NCBI RefSeq assembly: GCF_900199515.1
Contig: NZ_LT963434.1
Location: 1,592,180-1,624,179, forward strand
From: Massilicoli timonensis
GTDB taxonomy: Bacteria; Bacillota_I; Bacilli_A; Erysipelotrichales; Erysipelotrichaceae
Length of the DNA: 32,000 bases
Direction of reading: 5' to 3'
Translations under genes and position numbers: made by a program
The notes under the pieces: generated by a model
What the model was told of the DNA's origin: nothing
The model's database searches: none
The model's input: only the letters and a program-made list of their open reading frames with translations
Shown here: piece after piece, positions 24,793 to 32,000 of the stretch
How positions within the stretch are numbered: the first letter of the stretch is position 1
How the letters are laid out: each line of letters opens with the position of its first letter

Positions 24793-26186
24793 AAATACAG
24801 GCAAGATGGAAAGGCAAAACACATTTCGTTAAAAAAGCAGGCACATTGGCTGTGGCATCTGCGCTTTTGTTGTTAGTGCCGGGGGCAGTTGAGATCGTAC
24901 AGGGAAACAGCAAGTTTGAAGGCAATGAAGACTATTGGCGCAATTATTGTTCGCAGACCTTTTCTTCCGCAGCAGATGCACAGGAATGCTATGAGTTTCA
25001 AAGTTACCTCTCACAAAAAAGCAGCAGTTTGAACAGCTTAAATAAAGAGATCGACAATAAGATCGCAGCGCTGCAAAGCGATTTGAGCGTGATCGAGCAG
25101 GAAGCGCTCAGTCTACAGGAAGAATTAGACGGTCTTGATGCGGAAATCGCATCATTAGAAAGCGATATTGCCGCACTGGAAGCACAGGTTTCCGCACTGG
25201 AAACACAAATTCAGGAAAATACGGAAGCCATCAAGAAAAAAGATGATGATATCAAAGCCCGTATGGTCAATTCACAGTCATTTGTCAATACCAACGGTTA
25301 TATTGACTTTATTATGGGTGCAACTGATTTTACGGATCTGTTAGAGCGCATCAGCATCATGGATCAAATTACGACCTATGAAAATGAGCAGATCGAATCG
25401 CTGAATGAAGATATCAAAAAACTGGATAACGATAAAAAAGAAGTAGAGCGTCAGCAGGAGCTGGTCGATCTGCAAAAAGCGGATATTGAAGTAAAAAGAG
25501 AAGAAATCGCTGCGAAAAAGCGTTATCAGGATAAACTGATCGAAGAAGGACATCGCAAAGAAGCAGATCTTTACAACCAGATCTTGCAGAATGAGGAAGA
25601 GATGAACAAAATCATCGCCAGCATTCCGAAGATCACGATTGATGACGGTACACTGCCGCCTTCTTCAAATGGTTGGGGCAGAGTGGTCAGCGGTTATCGC
25701 AGTGCCGGTACTTGGGCATATGATGATGGCGGCTTCCATCCCGGACTGGATATTGCCGGCGCTGTCGGCAGTCCGATTACGGCACCGATCAACGGCGTCA
25801 TCGGCTATACACGCGACGGCTATCCGACATATGGACATTTAGGAAATGCAGCCGGTTATGCGAATATGATCGTCATGGTCGGTGAAGTAAACGGCAGGAC
25901 CTACGGCGTTTTGGTCGGCCATCTGATGTTAAATGGAATTGCGGTTACACCGGGTCAGATCGTTTCACAGGGACAAACGATCGGTTATCGCGGCAGTTCC
26001 GGCAATTCCACCGGTCCGCATACCCATATCGAAGTGTATGATCTGGGAACGGTCGGCATCAACGGCGGCCTGCAGATCTTACAGAGCAGAGGCTATAACT
26101 TCGGGGTTTACTACAATGCAAGCAGCCAGTGTGAATATAAAGCACCGGTATGCCGTTTAAGACCGGAATACTATGTCGTATATTAA
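24789..26186 (+). CDS. Coiled-coil + M23 (LytM) peptidoglycan metalloendopeptidase, probable FtsEX-controlled hydrolase
   Basis: The ORF track starts at 24705. I prefer the ATG at 24789 (MKIQARWKGK..), which has a GAGGTGG RBS and an ATGA overlap with the ftsX stop. The protein has a signal/anchor segment and a long heptad-rich region (..LESDIAALEAQVSALETQIQE..). Its C-terminal M23 domain has intact HxxxD (HPGLDIA) and HxH (GPHTHIEV) motifs. Confidence 0.88.
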   Translation: MKIQARWKGKTHFVKKAGTLAVASALLLLVPGAVEIVQGNSKFEGNEDYWRNYCSQTFSSAADAQECYEFQSYLSQKSSSLNSLNKEIDNKIAALQSDLSVIEQEALSLQEELDGLDAEIASLESDIAALEAQVSALETQIQENTEAIKKKDDDIKARMVNSQSFVNTNGYIDFIMGATDFTDLLERISIMDQITTYENEQIESLNEDIKKLDNDKKEVERQQELVDLQKADIEVKREEIAAKKRYQDKLIEEGHRKEADLYNQILQNEEEMNKIIASIPKITIDDGTLPPSSNGWGRVVSGYRSAGTWAYDDGGFHPGLDIAGAVGSPITAPINGVIGYTRDGYPTYGHLGNAAGYANMIVMVGEVNGRTYGVLVGHLMLNGIAVTPGQIVSQGQTIGYRGSSGNSTGPHTHIEVYDLGTVGINGGLQILQSRGYNFGVYYNASSQCEYKAPVCRLRPEYYVVY

Positions 26187-26195
26187 GATAGGAAA

Positions 26196-26230
26196 CAGGC
26201 AGGGTGTCACAGCATCCTGCTTGCTTTATC
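26196..26230 (+). terminator. Weak putative terminator after the M23 gene
   Basis: CAGGCAGG / CCTGCTTG (8 bp with one G-U), a 12-nt loop, and a poor T tract (CTTTAT). Confidence 0.35.
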
Positions 26231-26276
26231 CTAAGAATGCAAATGATGCCCGATGGAGCGTTAATTAAAATTTTAC

Positions 26277-26305
26277 TTGCCTTCTTTTGTAAAAAACAAT
26301 ATAAT
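26277..26305 (+). promoter_or_regulatory. Sigma-A promoter driving the leader of the CaCA antiporter gene
   Basis: TTGCCT, exactly 17 nt of spacer, then a consensus TATAAT. The predicted start is just before the first helix of the leader. Confidence 0.6.
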
Positions 26306-26313
26306 ACTTTCGT

Positions 26314-26434
26314 ATAAAAGGGAGTAGTTTGCATTCATCCGTGAATGTGATATAAATCGTCATCACGTTGTAAAACCGGTTTATTTCATAAGAAACAAGA
26401 CTTTTATCACTTTTTCGTGATGGAAGTCTTTTTT
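26314..26434 (+). promoter_or_regulatory. yybP-ykoY-like (Mn2+-type) riboswitch leader with intrinsic terminator expression platform
   Basis: The 5' element AUAAAAG-GGAGUAG matches the conserved AAAGGGGAGUAG element. A hairpin CAUUCA-uccg-UGAAUG follows. The 3' element ACAAGAC-CUUUUAU matches the conserved GCAAGAC followed by the P1 3' strand. P1 (26314-26320 with 26401-26407, 7 bp perfect) competes with a 14-bp terminator stem (26397-26410 with 26417-26430, loop UUUUUC) followed by UUUU. This call is from memory of the family consensus and has not been scanned with a covariance model. Confidence 0.55.
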
Positions 26435-26463
26435 GATTTCCGATCGCGGGTCAGGAGGGAATT

Positions 26464-27384
26464 ATGGTTTATTTATTATTGGTTGTCGGTTTTTTGCTTT
26501 TGATCAAAGGGGCTGATTTATTTGTAGAAGGGAGCGCATCATTGGCACGTATTTGGAAAGTGCCTTCGCTGATCATCGGCTTAACGATCGTGGCGATGGG
26601 AACAAGTGCGCCGGAAGCCTCTGTCAGTATTACTGCCGGTCTGGCGGGAAACAATGATATTGCGATCGGCAATATCGTCGGTTCCAATATTTTTAACGGT
26701 ATGGTAGTAGTTGGCGTATGTGCGATGCTTGCGGCGTTTGCGGTTGATCGTAAGCTCTTGATACGTGATATTCCGGTGTCATTAGGTGCGGCGCTCTTTC
26801 TTTTGTTTTGTATGATCGACTTGCAGTTAAGCAGATTAGAAGGACTGATCCTGATCGTGATGATGGGCGGTTATCTCATTTGGACGATCATGGACGCACT
26901 TTCAAATCGTCATAAGGAAACAGCACAGGAACATACCCGTTCAATCGGGCAGTCGCTGCTGTTCATTGCGGTCGGTTTGGTCATGATCATCGGCGGCGGC
27001 AATTTAGTCGTTACCAATGCCAGTGAGATCGCGCAGGTATTCGGAGTCAGCCAAAATCTGATCGCTCTCACGATCGTAGCGATCGGCACCTCTTTGCCGG
27101 AGCTGGTTACATCGATCGTCGCATCGCGAAAAGGTGAACATGGTTTAGCACTGGGCAATGCCATCGGTTCCAACATCTTCAATATTTTATTCATTTTAGG
27201 AATGTCTGCAGCGCTGTCGCCGATCCCGGTATCACAAGAATCCATTTACGATACACTCGTATTGATCGCAGTTACATTGATGCTACTGTTCTTTGCGGCC
27301 ACGCGCAAGCAGTTTTCAAAAAAAGAAGGATTGATTTGTGTACTGGTATACCTCATCTATACAGCCTATATCATCATGCGATAA
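26464..27384 (+). CDS. CaCA-family cation/Ca2+ (Na+/Ca2+-type, YrbG-like) antiporter
   Basis: 306 aa with about 10 TMs. The two alpha-repeat signatures GTSAPEASVS and GTSLPELVTS are each followed by GN.VGSNIFN / GNAIGSNIFN. AGGAGGG RBS. Confidence 0.9.
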   Translation: MVYLLLVVGFLLLIKGADLFVEGSASLARIWKVPSLIIGLTIVAMGTSAPEASVSITAGLAGNNDIAIGNIVGSNIFNGMVVVGVCAMLAAFAVDRKLLIRDIPVSLGAALFLLFCMIDLQLSRLEGLILIVMMGGYLIWTIMDALSNRHKETAQEHTRSIGQSLLFIAVGLVMIIGGGNLVVTNASEIAQVFGVSQNLIALTIVAIGTSLPELVTSIVASRKGEHGLALGNAIGSNIFNILFILGMSAALSPIPVSQESIYDTLVLIAVTLMLLFFAATRKQFSKKEGLICVLVYLIYTAYIIMR

Positions 27385-27388
27385 GAGC

Positions 27389-27414
27389 GGGATTGAAAAA
27401 TCCCCTTTTTCTTT
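27389..27414 (+). terminator. Rho-independent terminator after the antiporter gene
   Basis: GGGATT-gaaa-AATCCC (6-bp stem with a GAAA tetraloop), followed by CTTTTTCTTT. Confidence 0.75.
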
Positions 27415-27508
27415 GCCGAATGATCTATGATACAATAAGAAAAAGAAAGGAATTCATGTAACGGATGTCAGTGCAGTCGATTACATGACATAGGAAGTGG
27501 AAATTACA

Positions 27509-28933
27509 ATGAGATTTCAAGATCTAGGTATCAGTGAAGAAGTGATCAGAGCATTAACCAAGCTGCATTATCAAAAGCCATTGCCGATCCAGGAGATGAC
27601 GATTCCACATTTGCTTGCCAAAGAGGATGTCGTGATCCGCTCTCAAACAGGAAGTGGGAAAAGCGCTGCTTTTTTGATCCCAACGATTCAAACGATCGAC
27701 TGGGATTTAGGAAAAGTACAGACTTTGGTGATCGCCCCGACAAGAGAATTGAGCTTACAGCTGATAGAAGAAGCAGATGCCATTGGTCTTTATCGCCGTA
27801 TCCGCAGCGTACTGCTAAATGGAAAAGCCAAATACGAACCGCAGATCCAGCGCCTAAAACGAGCGCATCTTGCCATCGGTACGCCGGGACGTATTCGGGA
27901 TCATATCGAAAGAGGAACGCTGGATCTCAGCGCTTTACGCTATCTGGTATTAGATGAAGCAGACGTATTGCTGGATATGGGTTTTTTGGCGCTCATTCAG
28001 CAGATCATGGAAAAAGTGCCCGAAAGCTGTACGATCGCGCTTTGCTCAGCGACCATTGATGAATCGTTAGAAGAACTGATCCATACTTATTTGCACGATC
28101 CCCGCATGCTTTCTAATGAAATGAGAGAAATGCAGTTAAAACAGTTTGTCTGTCCGCTAAAAGAAAGCGATAAATTCACCGTGCTGTGTAATTATGCGAT
28201 CGAAAAGCAGGCGGAAAGCATCATTGTTTTTTGTAATCGCAGAGAGAGTGTAGAACAGTTGTATCGGAAAATGTGTGCGCATCAGATCAGTGCGGTCCAC
28301 GTGCATGGCGGTTTATTGCAAAAAGAACGCTATGAAGCGATAGAGGCGTTTCGCAAAGGACATTACCGCTTTTTGATTGCCAGTGATGTGGCAGGCAGAG
28401 GACTGGATATTGCCGATGTGCAGTTGGTGGTGCAGTATGAGCTGTCAGACGATCTGCGTAAATACATTCACCGTATCGGCAGAAGCGCCCGTTTAGATCA
28501 GGCGGGAGAGAGCTTGGTGCTGTTAAGCGATCAGCAGCAAAACATTTGGGAAGCGATCTTGCCGACCCTTACAAAACAGCCGCAGCTTTTATCCACCGCT
28601 CATTATTTGCGGGAAATCAATGGTGCGGCACTATCTGCACCGGCTACGAAGAAACAGAAAAAAAGTGAATTGGTGCGAAATGATGTCGTTACGTTATATC
28701 TGCACGGTGGAAAGGATAAAAAGATCCGCATTGGCGATATTGTCGGTGTTCTCTGCCAAAAAGCAGCGCTGCAGGCGGAAGATATCGGCGTGATTGAAGT
28801 ACGGCAGCACGGCAGTTATGTAGAAATATTAAACGGTAAAGGCACAGAAGCCTATCACGCTTTACAAAACACCACGATCAAAAAGAAAAAGATACGAGTC
28901 GAATATGCACAGAAAAGCAAAAATGAACGATGA
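27509..28933 (+). CDS. dbpA: DEAD-box RNA helicase with C-terminal DbpA/YxiN-type RNA-binding domain
   Basis: The ORF track starts at 27497 (GTG). I prefer the ATG at 27509 (MRFQDLGISEE..). The protein has a Q-motif region, Walker A (SQTGSGKSAAF), PTRELS, DEAD (VLDEADVLLD), SAT, ..ASDVAGRGLDI.. and HRIGRSAR. The C-terminal ..LYLHGGKDKKIRIGDIVGVL..IGVIEV....SYVEI.. resembles the DbpA RBD. Confidence 0.88.
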   Translation: MRFQDLGISEEVIRALTKLHYQKPLPIQEMTIPHLLAKEDVVIRSQTGSGKSAAFLIPTIQTIDWDLGKVQTLVIAPTRELSLQLIEEADAIGLYRRIRSVLLNGKAKYEPQIQRLKRAHLAIGTPGRIRDHIERGTLDLSALRYLVLDEADVLLDMGFLALIQQIMEKVPESCTIALCSATIDESLEELIHTYLHDPRMLSNEMREMQLKQFVCPLKESDKFTVLCNYAIEKQAESIIVFCNRRESVEQLYRKMCAHQISAVHVHGGLLQKERYEAIEAFRKGHYRFLIASDVAGRGLDIADVQLVVQYELSDDLRKYIHRIGRSARLDQAGESLVLLSDQQQNIWEAILPTLTKQPQLLSTAHYLREINGAALSAPATKKQKKSELVRNDVVTLYLHGGKDKKIRIGDIVGVLCQKAALQAEDIGVIEVRQHGSYVEILNGKGTEAYHALQNTTIKKKKIRVEYAQKSKNER

Positions 28934-29051
28934 TGCGCCGCGTGATCTTCATTCACAGCCGCTTATGAACCGTTAAAAGAAGTGATCACAATTTATAAAC
29001 TGAACATGCGCATATACAAGATGTTTCTTTGATCACAATACGATCTTTTGC

Positions 29052-29111
29052 GTGCAGGAACACGAAAAACCTGTAAATTCTACCTTTGGTTCCTGTGCAC
29101 ATATTCTTTTT
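29052..29111 (+). terminator. Possible terminator / structured element between the helicase and XRE genes
   Basis: GTGCAGGAAC pairs with GTTCCTGtGCAC (10 bp plus one bulge) around a large, roughly 27-nt loop, followed by ATATTCTTTTT. Confidence 0.35.
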
Positions 29112-29148
29112 CAAGATACCATAGCAGTGTAAAGAAAGAGGTGTTTTG

Positions 29149-30369
29149 ATGAATCAGAAAAAAATCGGACAATTCATAGCGGAAAACAGAAAAAAACAAA
29201 AGATGACCCAGGCCGAACTGGCAACAAAGCTTGGGGTAAGCGATCGTTCCGTATCAAAATGGGAAACGGGCAGATGTATGCCGGACCTGTCTTTGTTTGA
29301 ACCGCTGTGTGCACAGCTTGACATTACGATCAATGAATTATTGAGCGGTGAAAAGATAAAAACCGAAGAGTATCAAAATGAATTAGAAAAAAATATCATC
29401 AATACGATCGATTATTCACAGAAGCAGATCGAGGATGAAAAATGGAAACGATCCTATGTCGTTATGATCATCGGCATCCTGTTCTGCATGAGTGCCTTTA
29501 TCGTTTTTGAAGCAGAAAGCAGTTGGAGTAGTATATATTCTCTGATCGGCATAATGATCTTTGTGAGCGGTCTTTATCACGCACTGAAAATAAAAAACAA
29601 AGGCAAGAAGCTGGGAATTTCCGCTTTGGCCTTTTTCCTGATCCTTTCCCTATTCTATGTTGTTGATTATATCAGTGTTACTTCCTTTCATCGCCCGCCG
29701 ATCTACCGCTATATGACAAGCACCAACTGGCAAAGTGATGCCAAGATCATCACTTATCACAGCTTCTTTTATGATGTATATCGAATCAATGCGGATACGC
29801 CAAATGAATACTATATCGTAGATACAGGGAAAACCTATCGTTCCTCACCGCTTCCGATCATGCCTTTTCAGATGGAGAAAAGCGGCATTGCACACATCAT
29901 TCGCTATCAAGCTCCATACATCGGTGATAACACCAACATCGGCAACCTGCTTTCTTGTTTGCCTTTATCGGAATTCGGCTATGTCTTTGAAATAGATGAT
30001 GTTGATCATGGCTTGATCGTAGACTATCATACGACTGACTGGTATGCCAATGAAAATCAATATGTCGATAAAGCGCTGCTTTACAATGCGGTATCGCTCT
30101 TTCTGCTGATCGATAATCTCGAATCCGTTACCTTCCATTTCAGCGGAGGATCTTATCAAACAAATCGAGCAGTCATAGAGAACGCATACCCAAGCTATTT
30201 TGAAATATTGGCAGAGGAACAGCTCGACAAAGCGAAGTTCCATGAATATGTGGAAAACAAGATGAATGATACTGATTTTGTGGAAGGAGTTTTCGCTAAG
30301 TGTTTTACCCAGCATGCGAATGAAATCAGTTCATTTGTAAAACGGCCCTATGTGAAAAAACTACTTTGA
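29149..30369 (+). CDS. Membrane-anchored XRE-family HTH protein with C-terminal DUF4825-like domain
   Basis: The N-terminus (IGQFIAENRKKQKMTQAELATKLGVSDRSVSKWETGRCMPDLSLFEPLCAQLDITINELL) is a classic Cro/C1 HTH. Three hydrophobic segments follow (about aa 105-180). The extracytoplasmic domain carries ..YQAPYIGDNTNIGNLLSCLPL.., as I remember for DUF4825. The ATG at 29149 is preceded by GAGGTG. Confidence 0.8.
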   Translation: MNQKKIGQFIAENRKKQKMTQAELATKLGVSDRSVSKWETGRCMPDLSLFEPLCAQLDITINELLSGEKIKTEEYQNELEKNIINTIDYSQKQIEDEKWKRSYVVMIIGILFCMSAFIVFEAESSWSSIYSLIGIMIFVSGLYHALKIKNKGKKLGISALAFFLILSLFYVVDYISVTSFHRPPIYRYMTSTNWQSDAKIITYHSFFYDVYRINADTPNEYYIVDTGKTYRSSPLPIMPFQMEKSGIAHIIRYQAPYIGDNTNIGNLLSCLPLSEFGYVFEIDDVDHGLIVDYHTTDWYANENQYVDKALLYNAVSLFLLIDNLESVTFHFSGGSYQTNRAVIENAYPSYFEILAEEQLDKAKFHEYVENKMNDTDFVEGVFAKCFTQHANEISSFVKRPYVKKLL

Positions 30370-30397
30370 TCTTATTGGAACAAAGATCAGCGGCTGT

Positions 30398-30446
30398 AAA
30401 AAAACGGTCGATCGGAAGTGATGACTTTCCGGACGAACCGTTTTTT
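30398..30446. terminator. Bidirectional rho-independent terminator between convergent genes
   Basis: AAAAAACGGTCGATCGGAAG-tgatga-CTTTCCGGACGAACCGTTTTTT is a long imperfect hairpin of about 17 bp, flanked by A6 and T6. It lies between the stop codons at 30369 (+) and 30471 (-). Confidence 0.8.
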
Positions 30447-30470
30447 CTGTTTGTATCTCATGTGAAGCAA

Positions 30471-31634
30471 TCAGCGAAACTGCTGTATAAATACGGCAAT
30501 TCGTTCTAATGCGGTTTTGATCTGTTCTAAGCTTGCGGCATAAGAAACACGAATATAGCCTTCTCCCGCTTCTCCGAATGCAGTGCCCGGTACGACCGCG
30601 ACCTTTTGTTCCGTCAATAGTCTTTCGCAAAACTCTTCACTTGTCAAACCGGTGCTTTTGATACAAGGGAAAATGTAAAATGCACCTTGCGGCATATGCG
30701 TCGGCAAACCGATCCGCTCAAAGCCTTTTACGATGAAATTGCGGCGGTTTTGATAAGATGCCCGCATTTCCTCTACATGTTCTTCGCCATGGCGCAGCGC
30801 TTCGATTGCACCGTACTGTGCTGCGGTCGGCGCCGACATGATAATGAACTGATGGATCTTATTCATCGCTTTGGTAAAGGTTTCGTTGGCAATGACATAG
30901 CCAAGCCGCCATCCCGTCATGGCAAACGCTTTTGAGAACCCGCTGATCAAAATGACCTGATCCTTGATAGAAGGAAAGTTGGCGAGCGAGGCATGCTTTG
31001 TATCGTAAGACAATTCCGCATAGATCTCATCACTGATCACGATCAGATGATGCGCTTCAATGATCGGCACCAGTTTTTCATAATCCTCGTAAGTCATGAC
31101 CCCGCCGGTAGGATTGCTTGGGAAATTCAACAATACGGCTTTTGTCTTTGGGGTAATAGCAGAACGCAGCGCTTCCGGCGTTAGCTTGAACTGATCTTCT
31201 TCCTTTAATTCCACGAAAACCGGCTTTCCGCCTGTAAGCTGTACGCCCGGCTCATAAGCGACATAGTTTGGCTGCATCAAAATGACTTCATCGCCCGGAT
31301 TTACGATCGCCCGCAGTGCAATGTCGATGCCTTCGCTGCCGCCGACCGTTACGACCACATTGGCATCAGGCTGATAGTCTAACTGAAAGCGCCGCTTCAT
31401 ATAACGGCAGATCTCCACACGCAGCTCCTTCAGCCCCTGATTGGCAGTATAAAACGTTTTGCCGCTCTCAATCGAATAAATGGCGGCTTCACGAATGTGC
31501 CATGGCGTATCAAAATCAGGTTCCCCGACGCCTAACGAGATCACATCATCCATTGCGGAAGCCAAATCGAAAAACTTGCGGATGCCGCTGGGTTTGATCG
31601 CTTTTACTTTATCAGAAAGATATTGTTTCATCAT
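30471..31634 (-). CDS. Class I/II PLP-dependent aminotransferase (AspC/PatA-like)
   Basis: 387 aa with ..KPSGIRKFFD.., ..LGVGEPDF.TP.., ..NFPSNPTG.., ..SDEIYAEL.Y.. and the PLP-lysine motif SGFSKAFAMTGWRLGY. It has an ATGA overlap with the upstream Lrp/AsnC gene. Confidence 0.9.
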   Translation of the reverse strand: MMKQYLSDKVKAIKPSGIRKFFDLASAMDDVISLGVGEPDFDTPWHIREAAIYSIESGKTFYTANQGLKELRVEICRYMKRRFQLDYQPDANVVVTVGGSEGIDIALRAIVNPGDEVILMQPNYVAYEPGVQLTGGKPVFVELKEEDQFKLTPEALRSAITPKTKAVLLNFPSNPTGGVMTYEDYEKLVPIIEAHHLIVISDEIYAELSYDTKHASLANFPSIKDQVILISGFSKAFAMTGWRLGYVIANETFTKAMNKIHQFIIMSAPTAAQYGAIEALRHGEEHVEEMRASYQNRRNFIVKGFERIGLPTHMPQGAFYIFPCIKSTGLTSEEFCERLLTEQKVAVVPGTAFGEAGEGYIRVSYAASLEQIKTALERIAVFIQQFR

Positions 31635-32000
31635 GGTGTAACGACCAGCCTTTCACTTGGTTTATCATCATCCTCCAAAGCGATCCCGTTCACCTTGTAC
31701 TCTTTCAAGACAAACAAGGTAACCGTTGATTTTACCTGCTCGATGCAGGCAAGCTTTGCCCCGACAAAATTAGAGATCTCCTGCATCGTCTTGCCGTAGA
31801 TGATCACGATAAATTCACTGCGCCCGCTCATCAAATACATCGTATCCACTTCCGGATAACGATAAATATTCTTTGCGACCCGATCGTAGCCGAACTCCCG
31901 TTCCGGTGTAACGCCGACCTCGATCATTGCCATGACCCGCTCCTGATTGGCTTTATCCCAATTCACGACCGTGTGATAACCGCAAATGATCTTTTCCTTT
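31631..32000 (-). CDS. Lrp/AsnC-family regulator, 5' end (HTH domain) beyond window
   Basis: The ORF track lists 31631..31966 from an internal GTG. The frame stays open to the window edge (..KEKIICGYHTVVNWDKANQERVMAMIEV..). The visible part looks like the RAM/AsnC ligand-binding domain (..YLMSGRSEFIVIIYGKTMQEISNFV..). It is translationally coupled to the aminotransferase. Confidence 0.7.
   Translation of the reverse strand, partial: KEKIICGYHTVVNWDKANQERVMAMIEVGVTPEREFGYDRVAKNIYRYPEVDTMYLMSGRSEFIVIIYGKTMQEISNFVGAKLACIEQVKSTVTLFVLKEYKVNGIALEDDDKPSERLVVTP

Noticed and set aside
27454-27488. 8-bp inverted repeat TCATGTAA...TTACATGA just upstream of the helicase RBS
   Set aside because: It could be a 5'-UTR hairpin affecting translation of the DEAD-box helicase. 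However, it is short and AT-rich, has a 19-nt loop, and I can see no conservation evidence.
30361-30630. 89-aa minus-strand ORF spanning the bidirectional terminator and the aminotransferase 3' end
   Set aside because: It reads through a strong terminator hairpin and overlaps the real aminotransferase frame. It is Arg-rich nonsense.
1-32000. Search for CRISPR arrays, tRNA/rRNA genes, IS elements, integrases, toxin-antitoxin pairs or known defence-system genes
   Set aside because: I saw no regularly spaced direct repeats, no cloverleaf-like or rRNA-like segments, and no transposase/recombinase-like translations. Every ORF longer than about 120 aa is accounted for by envelope-biosynthesis or housekeeping functions.

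Overview
This is a 32-kb chromosomal segment with Firmicutes/Bacillota features: AGGAGG-type RBSs and comF-secA-prfB-ftsEX synteny. It splits into two parts. The left third (1-11.7 kb, minus strand) is an 11-gene Wzx/Wzy-type surface-polysaccharide operon. In transcription order it encodes a small initiating phosphoglycosyl transferase, a WbuB-like GT, a PP-loop N-acetyl-sugar amidotransferase and a FnlA/CapE-type dehydratase. These are followed by a TagF-like alditol-phosphate transferase, a membrane O-acyltransferase, an IspD/TarI cytidylyltransferase, an extended SDR, a GT, a Wzy-like polymerase, and a Wzx flippase that runs off the window. This operon is much more AT-rich than the rest of the window and is compositionally patchy. 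Divergent from it are an LCP (LytR-CpsA-Psr) ligase, galE, and a winged-HTH::LicC-like cytidylyltransferase fusion. The right two thirds carry conserved housekeeping genes: comFA-comFC, a cold-shock gene, secA, prfB (classical +1 frameshift), a small NTF2-like gene plus about 620 nt of non-coding DNA, and ftsE-ftsX-M23 hydrolase. Next come a yybP-ykoY-like (Mn2+) leader in front of a CaCA antiporter, a DbpA-type DEAD-box helicase, a membrane XRE/DUF4825 protein, and a convergent Lrp/AsnC + aminotransferase pair. I saw no tRNA/rRNA, CRISPR array, transposase, integrase or recognisable defence system. The observations I rank highest are these. (1) A G9 homopolymer lies inside the capsule O-acyltransferase gene and is a candidate phase-variation switch. 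(2) The polysaccharide locus alternates between host-like and foreign-like composition, with an apparent junction inside a glycosyltransferase gene. (3) GATC is strikingly over-represented in all core-like DNA. (4) A riboswitch-like antiterminator leader precedes the CaCA transporter. (5) The amino-sugar pathway looks incomplete: FnlA and the amidotransferase are present without their usual partners. All calls come from reading the sequence and ORF translations by eye; no searches were run.
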